Source: Candidatus Shapirobacteria bacterium (GTDB lineage Bacteria > Patescibacteriota > Microgenomatia > UBA12405). Taken from it: DNA of 64,000 bases. Position 1 is the stretch's first letter, and each line of letters opens with the position of its first letter. Location: assembly GCA_016188545.1 (NCBI GenBank), contig JACPHO010000001.1, positions 14,249 through 78,248 on the forward strand, written 5' to 3'. Both the position numbers and the translations under genes were made by a program. This document shows positions 57,931 to 64,000 of the stretch, in pieces. The notes beneath the pieces are model-generated. The model searched no databases. It was not told where the DNA came from and saw nothing but the letters and a program-made list of their open reading frames with translations.

Positions 57931-59760
57931 ATGACAACCTCCCCCCTCAACCAGGCTTATCTAAGCCAACTGGATATTTATTTAAAAAATGAGGAGATAA
58001 TCTCTCCCTCTGAGCCGGTACCATCCCCAGGGCAACCATCTTTTTGTTTAGGTTACCCTGACACCTACGAACATGGCCTACCCAACCTAGGTATCAGCAT
58101 ACTTTCTCAACTATTAACCAAAAACGGTGCCACAATTAGCCGCGCATATTTACCAGACCTAGATAAATATTCAGTCAGCGAACTGTTGCCAATCGAGAAA
58201 GCTAATAATGGAAACAGGATACCGGTTTGTGACCACAATATCGTCTCATTTAACATCTCATTTGAAACACTCGGTCCAAATGTACTAACAATGCTCAAAC
58301 TTTCCAATATACCCATATTAGCTGTCGACAGAGACGAAGGCATCCCATTCAAACAGGAAAAGTATCCCATTGTCATTGGCTCAGGTGCTGTTGTAAGTTA
58401 CAACCCAGCACCATTTTGGCCATTTTTTGACCTGATTACAATTGGTGATGGGGAAGTCATGATCAAAGGGATACTTGATGTTTGGCGTGAGGGGTATATA
58501 GCAGGCTGGAGCAGAAAAGTGTTGTTAAAAAAGTTAGCCATCAATGTCCCTGGAGTATATGTACCGTCACTCTATGATGTTGAGTTTGTGAATGGGATCA
58601 CCAAAACACATCAATCTACAAATCCTGGTGATGGACTTTCACCACCAGTACGGCAAAAAACTGAAAACCTTGATGCTGATTTATCCAGAACCATATATTC
58701 CTCAACTTTGACCGTTTATGGCACAAAATCAATTTCTTTGGAAGTAGCTCGTGGCTGTCCTGGGGGTTGTCGTTTTTGTTACATGGGCAACTATCTCCGA
58801 CCTTCAAGATTCATGACTGTTAAAGACATTAAGAAATGGGTAGTGCTTGCTCGCGACCAACAACTTACATTAAGACTGTTTTATGAGGCACTCCCCCCAA
58901 AACTGTTTGAAGAAATGTTTGTGATGCTCGACCGCGAAATCCACGATATGCGCCTCAACCTCGGATCTTTTAGAGTTGATCAGCTGAGTGAGCAAGCCGT
59001 TCGTGTAGCAGGAAAAGGGAAATTGCAGTGTTTGATTGTTGCTCCGGAAACAACCAGCGCACTCAGGCCAGTCATTAACAAGAAAACCATTACCGACGAC
59101 CATATTTTTCAAGCGGTCGAATGGTCGCATCGATATGGTATCCCAAATTTTGGTCTCTATCTAATGATCGGACTTCCAACTGAAACCATCGACGATATTA
59201 CCGATCTCGCTGACCTTGCCATAAAAACCCGCCAGAAAATGAACGAAGTTGGCAATTCAGCTGGTATTATGGAAGTTCATATGAACACTTTCTTCCCCAA
59301 ACCATGGACACCCTTACAGTGGACTGAAGTTGACCTGGAACAGTCCAAGGTCAAACTAACCAAATTTATTAGTCGACTATGCGATAAGGGGATTAATGTT
59401 CACCATGATGAAATTAAAACAGTTACCGTCGGTGGTGGTGATATCCGCGAACAGTTCAATACCAACACTATTGTTATCAAAACAGTCATCGGTGGTGATG
59501 CTGAGTTTATCCAAACGATGATCGTTCGGGGAGATCGACGAATGGCCTTAGCCCTAAAGACTTTTTGTGACAACAATGGCAAAACCTCACGGGATTATAT
59601 CAATGCTATGAAAGTCCATGGTTTATCTCCTCATGAATACCTCCGCGAGCGAAGCCTTACCGAAGTTCTCCCTTGGGACTTCATAAATACAGGTATAAAT
59701 CGTAGGTTCTTGGAATTTGAGTGGAACAACGCCAATAAAGATAGATCACCACGAGAATAA
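57931..59760 (+). CDS. B12-binding-domain radical SAM protein (class B-like)
   Basis: 609 aa; N-terminal cobalamin-binding-like segment (IVIGSGAVVSYNPAPF...ITIGDGEVM); radical SAM CxxxCxxC ARGCPGGCRFCYMG. Confidence 0.65.
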   Translation: MTTSPLNQAYLSQLDIYLKNEEIISPSEPVPSPGQPSFCLGYPDTYEHGLPNLGISILSQLLTKNGATISRAYLPDLDKYSVSELLPIEKANNGNRIPVCDHNIVSFNISFETLGPNVLTMLKLSNIPILAVDRDEGIPFKQEKYPIVIGSGAVVSYNPAPFWPFFDLITIGDGEVMIKGILDVWREGYIAGWSRKVLLKKLAINVPGVYVPSLYDVEFVNGITKTHQSTNPGDGLSPPVRQKTENLDADLSRTIYSSTLTVYGTKSISLEVARGCPGGCRFCYMGNYLRPSRFMTVKDIKKWVVLARDQQLTLRLFYEALPPKLFEEMFVMLDREIHDMRLNLGSFRVDQLSEQAVRVAGKGKLQCLIVAPETTSALRPVINKKTITDDHIFQAVEWSHRYGIPNFGLYLMIGLPTETIDDITDLADLAIKTRQKMNEVGNSAGIMEVHMNTFFPKPWTPLQWTEVDLEQSKVKLTKFISRLCDKGINVHHDEIKTVTVGGGDIREQFNTNTIVIKTVIGGDAEFIQTMIVRGDRRMALALKTFCDNNGKTSRDYINAMKVHGLSPHEYLRERSLTEVLPWDFINTGINRRFLEFEWNNANKDRSPRE

Positions 59761-59780
59761 CTTTTTGCTATCATTCCTCT

Positions 59781-60197
59781 ATGAAAGTATCTGTCTACAC
59801 CGACGGCGGTTCTCGCGGCAATCCTGGTCATTCTGGCTTTGGAGTCGTCATCTATGATGAGAAAAAGCAGATTGTCGCCAAACTCTCCAAATATATTGGT
59901 ATAAGAACTAATAATGAAGCAGAATATTCGGCCCTAATTGATTCATTATTATGGCTCAGAGACAACTCGACACTCCACTCTATCTCTGCAGCCACTTTTT
60001 ATTCAGATTCTCAGTTGATGGTTCGTCAGCTTCAGGGCAAATACAAAGTTAAAGCGCAAAACATCAAACCATTATTTAATCAGGCAAAATCTTTACTCGA
60101 TAGTTTAAAATTAACTTATCAGTTCAGTGATATCCCTCGCGAGCAAAATTCACTGGCTGATTCTCTTGCAAACCAAGCAATGGATAGAAAATCATGA
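59781..60197 (+). CDS. rnhA: ribonuclease HI
   Basis: 138 aa; YTDGGSRGNPGHSGFGVVI, TNNEAEYSALI. Confidence 0.8.
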   Translation: MKVSVYTDGGSRGNPGHSGFGVVIYDEKKQIVAKLSKYIGIRTNNEAEYSALIDSLLWLRDNSTLHSISAATFYSDSQLMVRQLQGKYKVKAQNIKPLFNQAKSLLDSLKLTYQFSDIPREQNSLADSLANQAMDRKS

Positions 60198-61933
60198 AAT
60201 TATCTCCACCCATACTAATCAAAAAAACCTTTTTTTACTTTTTATTTTTTACTTTTGTTGCTTTTTTAATTTTTTCTTTGCCTTTAGTTTTTGGTTTTGG
60301 CAAAACCGGCAAAAACACCCAAATTCTTGGCAAAGACTATTCACTTCTTTCAAAAACAGAAATAATCTCCCGTCTCAAGTCAGACTTCCCTCTTCCGGAA
60401 ACTTTAGTAATCACTAACCCACCCCGTACCTTCGATCTTAGGTTATCGAGTATCAATGCCAGTATCGACTACAACCAACTCGCCTCAGATTTACTTTTTC
60501 GCCGCCTTAAAAGTGGAATTCTACAATACTTTCAAGCTTTTTTTGAACCAAAAAACTTTTCACTTGAAGTTTTAATTCGTGAAGATGAGCTCGACAAACA
60601 ACTCGCTGATATCACCCAACAAATCGACCGACCCTTTGTTCCCTCCCAACTTTACCTCGAGGACAAAAAATCAACTATCACGATAAAAGGCGGTGAGCTG
60701 GGACAAAAGGTAGATCAAACTGAACTAAAAAATCAAATTATTTCTTCTTTAAATTATTATCAAATTAATTCGCCAATTAATTTACCTATCGATCCGGTTG
60801 GGAGTCTTCCCTCAGAGGAAGAGATTACGCGGGCAAAAGCAGCAGCTCAAAATCTTATTGGCAAGCAACTGGAATACACCTCACCTGACCAAACAGTCAC
60901 CCTCGATGACAACACGCTCATCTCTTGGATCGACTTTAGCAACACTTGTCGTGGTTCTGCAGTTACCGATTACGTAGTTAGTCTCAAGTCCAGTTTAAAA
61001 AGGGATCCGATTGAAGCCGTCTTCAAATTTGAGAACGGTAAGGTTCTGGAATTTAAACCATCTCAAAACGGATATCTCCTTGATGACTCCGGATTAACCC
61101 AACAAATTTGTTCAAATATCGTCGAGTTAACCCAAACATCAGAAAAAGTTATTAAAAATAAATTTCCCACGATTACTCTCGAAGCTAAAACCGAAAATTC
61201 CGATGTCAACAACTTTGGCATCAAAGAATTGCTTGGTAGTGGTACCTCCACCTTCAAGCATAGTAGCGCCATACGAAATATGAATGTCGAGAGGGGAGCC
61301 TCTATTGTCAACCGAATTTTGGTCGCACCAGGCGAAACATTTTCTTTCGTCAAAGCCCTTGGCGATGTTTCCATTGAAAATGGTTACAAGATGGCCTATG
61401 TCATTCGAGCCGGCAAAACCGAGTTGGATGTCGGTGGCGGTATCTGCCAAGTCTCCACCACTTTCTTCCGGGCTCTTCTCAATTCCGGTCTAAACATCAC
61501 CAATCGCCAAAATCACGCTTATCGTGTCCAATATTACGAAGAAGACATGCCCCCGGGTTACGATGCCACCGTCTTTATCCCCAACCCAGATTTAAAATTC
61601 GTCAACGATACCGGTCATCATATTCTCATTCAGAGCAAATATGATGGCAAAGAAAAACGCCTTACCTACGACATATATGGTACTTCAGATGGTCGCAAAA
61701 CTGAGATAAATAACTATCGTCAGTGGGGTGCTGCTCCAGCTCCTCCGACAGTCTATATCGATGATCCAACACTAGCCCCCGGAAAAGTAATTCAAGACGA
61801 ACACGCCATTCCCGGTCTAAAAACTTCCTTTGACTGGAAAGTCACTCGTGAAGGACAGATCATTCATCAAAAAACATTTAGTAGTTCCTACGCCCCTTGG
61901 GCCGCCGTCTTCCGACGAGGTCCTCAAATATAA
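60194..61933 (+). CDS. VanW-domain protein with N-terminal TM
   Basis: 579 aa; C-terminal VanW-like region (GGGICQVSTTFFRALLNSGL...). Confidence 0.65.
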   Translation: MKLSPPILIKKTFFYFLFFTFVAFLIFSLPLVFGFGKTGKNTQILGKDYSLLSKTEIISRLKSDFPLPETLVITNPPRTFDLRLSSINASIDYNQLASDLLFRRLKSGILQYFQAFFEPKNFSLEVLIREDELDKQLADITQQIDRPFVPSQLYLEDKKSTITIKGGELGQKVDQTELKNQIISSLNYYQINSPINLPIDPVGSLPSEEEITRAKAAAQNLIGKQLEYTSPDQTVTLDDNTLISWIDFSNTCRGSAVTDYVVSLKSSLKRDPIEAVFKFENGKVLEFKPSQNGYLLDDSGLTQQICSNIVELTQTSEKVIKNKFPTITLEAKTENSDVNNFGIKELLGSGTSTFKHSSAIRNMNVERGASIVNRILVAPGETFSFVKALGDVSIENGYKMAYVIRAGKTELDVGGGICQVSTTFFRALLNSGLNITNRQNHAYRVQYYEEDMPPGYDATVFIPNPDLKFVNDTGHHILIQSKYDGKEKRLTYDIYGTSDGRKTEINNYRQWGAAPAPPTVYIDDPTLAPGKVIQDEHAIPGLKTSFDWKVTREGQIIHQKTFSSSYAPWAAVFRRGPQI

Positions 61934-61943
61934 TTAACAATTA

Positions 61944-62594
61944 TTAATTAAGTTTATGTTCAGGGTTAACTTGTTTACTAGCTTTCGCCAACCAAGGACT
62001 AGGTCTTTTTGTTCCTCTCTTATATGATTCTTTGATCTCACTTATAAGGTTAGGTATGAATGGCAGTTCAATTTTTTCCACAATATTTAAGGTATTAAAC
62101 CAAATCATTTCCCAGCCTTCATGGTTATAACCCAAGTACTTCCACTCCTGCATTTCCAGTAGGTACGCCACCCAATCAGCTGTCTTAATTATTTGTTTTT
62201 CTTTGTCATTCAAATTTGATTTATACAAATCAATATCTACTTCTTCTTTTATCGACTCCAATATTTCTTCCATCGCCTTGTCTCCAGCTTTACCAACTTC
62301 CTCTCGGATATTAATTCCCCAAAAACTAGCATAACTTGGACTACCAGCTGGGATATCACCAACAATCATTTCTCTCCAATCGTGTGTCAAGGCATATCTC
62401 AATACTTTTTCCACCGACACTTCTTTGTCGCCCAGTACGTCGGCAAACAACATCGCCAAGTAGGTTACAGAGTAAGAATGTTCAGCAATCGAAAGGTTCA
62501 TGCTTGTCGGAAGTCCTATTGCCAAGTTGCCTCCGGCTCGTTTAATCCTATTCAAATTTTGTAAATTTTGTGCCAATTCAAATATTTTCTTCAT
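61944..62594 (-). CDS. HD-domain phosphohydrolase (YfbR-like 5'-deoxynucleotidase family)
   Basis: 216 aa; H...HDWREMIVGDIP. Confidence 0.55.
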   Translation of the reverse strand: MKKIFELAQNLQNLNRIKRAGGNLAIGLPTSMNLSIAEHSYSVTYLAMLFADVLGDKEVSVEKVLRYALTHDWREMIVGDIPAGSPSYASFWGINIREEVGKAGDKAMEEILESIKEEVDIDLYKSNLNDKEKQIIKTADWVAYLLEMQEWKYLGYNHEGWEMIWFNTLNIVEKIELPFIPNLISEIKESYKRGTKRPSPWLAKASKQVNPEHKLN

Positions 62595-62629
62595 TCTCTA
62601 TTATACCAATACTCATCTTGAATCGACTC

Positions 62630-62998
62630 TTACCTTTTTATCCAAGCCGCAGATATAACAGTCGGATGTACTTTACCAAAATGACTCAAATTTTGTCTTT
62701 TTACCCACGCCTTTTCAAAAGAGTCGTACACCATTACCACAGGTCCAACACCGGGAATGTCAATTGTTTTATTCAGCTCAACCATTTGGGAATGGCCAAC
62801 ACTTTGCGCTTGCAACCTTGTTTCTTCAACGACTCTCTCTACCACAAATTTCCCCGTGCCTAGTTTTTCCTTCATTCCTACCTCTATCTCAACCTCTTGT
62901 CCAACTTCAACCCTTGGCAATCTCATTGGGTCTGCTAACACGGATGCTGTAATCGGATCAACTCGACCATCCAGATCTTTTAAATGCAGTTGTTTCAT
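62630..62998 (-). CDS. hypothetical protein
   Basis: 122-aa ORF. Confidence 0.3.
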   Translation of the reverse strand: MKQLHLKDLDGRVDPITASVLADPMRLPRVEVGQEVEIEVGMKEKLGTGKFVVERVVEETRLQAQSVGHSQMVELNKTIDIPGVGPVVMVYDSFEKAWVKRQNLSHFGKVHPTVISAAWIKR

Positions 62999-63109
62999 GA
63001 CCTATATTGTACAAACTGTTACTATTTTAGTCAATTATCTGCCACTAACTTATATCAAACTCCGCCACTTTGCCAAAACTCAAATATTTTTTTCATAATG
63101 TATCACACA

Positions 63110-63457
63110 TCACAATCTCGATGACTTCAATATTGCAGCAATTATTCTCGCCAACTCATCACAACAACCAATTGTTTCTTTGGCTACTTTTTCATCAATA
63201 TATTTCGTCTCTCGCAGTAATTTTAGCCAATAAATTGTCTCCCTTGTTTCTTTGTATGCTATTGAAAACTTAGAAACAAAATCTTTTTTACTTTGTCCTC
63301 CAATAGCCTCTTCCACATTTGCCCCAATTGATGTTCCCGATCTCAACATCTGTTTTGATAACACAAACTCCTTCTTACTCTCTGCCAAATGTTTATATAA
63401 GTTTATTATTTTTACAGCAAATTCAAAGCTCTTTTTTTGAACAATATTTTCTTTCAC
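63110..63457 (-). CDS. four-helix-bundle protein (23S rRNA intervening-sequence protein family), second copy
   Basis: 115 aa; ...LRSGTSIGANVEEAIGGQSKKDF...ETIYWLKLL... Confidence 0.65.
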   Translation of the reverse strand: MKENIVQKKSFEFAVKIINLYKHLAESKKEFVLSKQMLRSGTSIGANVEEAIGGQSKKDFVSKFSIAYKETRETIYWLKLLRETKYIDEKVAKETIGCCDELARIIAAILKSSRL

Positions 63458-63513
63458 ACAAAAAATTGTATACTCTTTCCAGAATTCCTAATTTTTACCC
63501 GCCCGTGGCGGGC

Positions 63514-64000
63514 CTAATTCCTAATTCCTAATTCCATCCTCGGATCTCTATCCAGTGTCTCCGGATCAGCCCACTCTTCTCTTTTGGCCATTTCCCACCC
63601 CACTCGGCCAATCATCGCCGCATTGTCGGTATTCAGCCATTTTTTAACAGGCATATATATCATTAGTCCTTTTTTCTTAGCCAACCTCCGCAGTTTTTTT
63701 CGCAAATCCATATTCGCTAGTACTCCACCAGACGCCATCAAAGTTTTCGGTTGAAATCTATCAATTGCCAAGTCAAATTTTCGTAATAATGTCTCAAACA
63801 CTGACTCTTGAAAAGTTGCCGCCAAGTTCCCTAGGTTTTTATTCACCTCTTCTTTAGGCCAATCTTTTATTTTGTAATAGAAACTGGTTTTCAGTCCGGA
63901 AAAGCTATAATCCAATATTTTTTTATCAGCCAGTGGTTTTGGCAGGGGAATAAAATCAGTTTTAGCTCCCTTGGCTAGTCGTTCAATTACTGGACCCCCA
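63514..64000 (-). CDS. tsaD: tRNA N6-adenosine threonylcarbamoyltransferase TsaD, C-terminal part (gene continues beyond window end)
   Basis: C-terminal TsaD/Kae1 region (DYSFSGLKT..., GGVLANMDLRKKL); reading frame open to the window edge. Confidence 0.65.
   Translation of the reverse strand, partial: GGPVIERLAKGAKTDFIPLPKPLADKKILDYSFSGLKTSFYYKIKDWPKEEVNKNLGNLAATFQESVFETLLRKFDLAIDRFQPKTLMASGGVLANMDLRKKLRRLAKKKGLMIYMPVKKWLNTDNAAMIGRVGWEMAKREEWADPETLDRDPRMELGIRN

Noticed and set aside
63497-63536. Tandem AATTCCT/GGAATTA repeats and the cccgcccgtggcggg hairpin
   Set aside because: The repeats encode the C-terminal residues (ELGIRN) of tsaD, and the hairpin is its probable terminator.
1-64000. 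Looked for CRISPR arrays, reverse transcriptases/DGRs, integrases and transposases
   Set aside because: No regularly spaced direct repeats and no ORF with RT, integrase or transposase motifs were found in any frame.

Overview
This window looks like a compact (~40% GC), gene-dense bacterial chromosome segment from a Candidate Phyla Radiation (Patescibacteria)-like genome. The assignment rests on a divergent 16S rRNA gene with a ~100-nt AT-rich expansion in V1 that is not followed by a 23S gene, a split transketolase, a short archaeal-type triosephosphate isomerase, T4SS-pilin-like small membrane proteins and many hypothetical proteins. Identifiable content: pentose-phosphate and glycolysis genes (split tkt, fba, pfkB-family kinase, rpe, gap, pgk, rpiB, tpiA). 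A cell-envelope cluster holds two PBP1A paralogs, a LicD-like nucleotidyltransferase, GT2 and GT-C glycosyltransferases and a MraY/WecA-family transferase. Also present: uppS, metK, recF, smpB, nrdR, xth, rnhA, an ECF sigma factor, five NUDIX-family genes (one frameshifted), a CarS(DUF46)-like plus CDP-alcohol phosphatidyltransferase lipid module, a B12-binding radical SAM gene, tRNA-Cys and tRNA-Tyr. Points for follow-up: (1) two small stand-alone GIY-YIG nuclease genes, one in a tandemly duplicated cassette abutting tRNA-Cys, the other beside smpB next to a 617-nt ORF-free stretch that probably encodes a structured RNA (tmRNA or RNase P-like); (2) a recurring TTCATAAATCAT promoter-like motif placed to give leaderless transcripts; (3) a tRNA-Tyr with a short variable arm; (4) an unknown gene with a PD-(D/E)xK/Mrr-like motif translationally coupled between gap and pgk; (5) a two-gene hypothetical island downstream of tRNA-Tyr. 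No CRISPR array, integrase, transposase or reverse transcriptase was seen.
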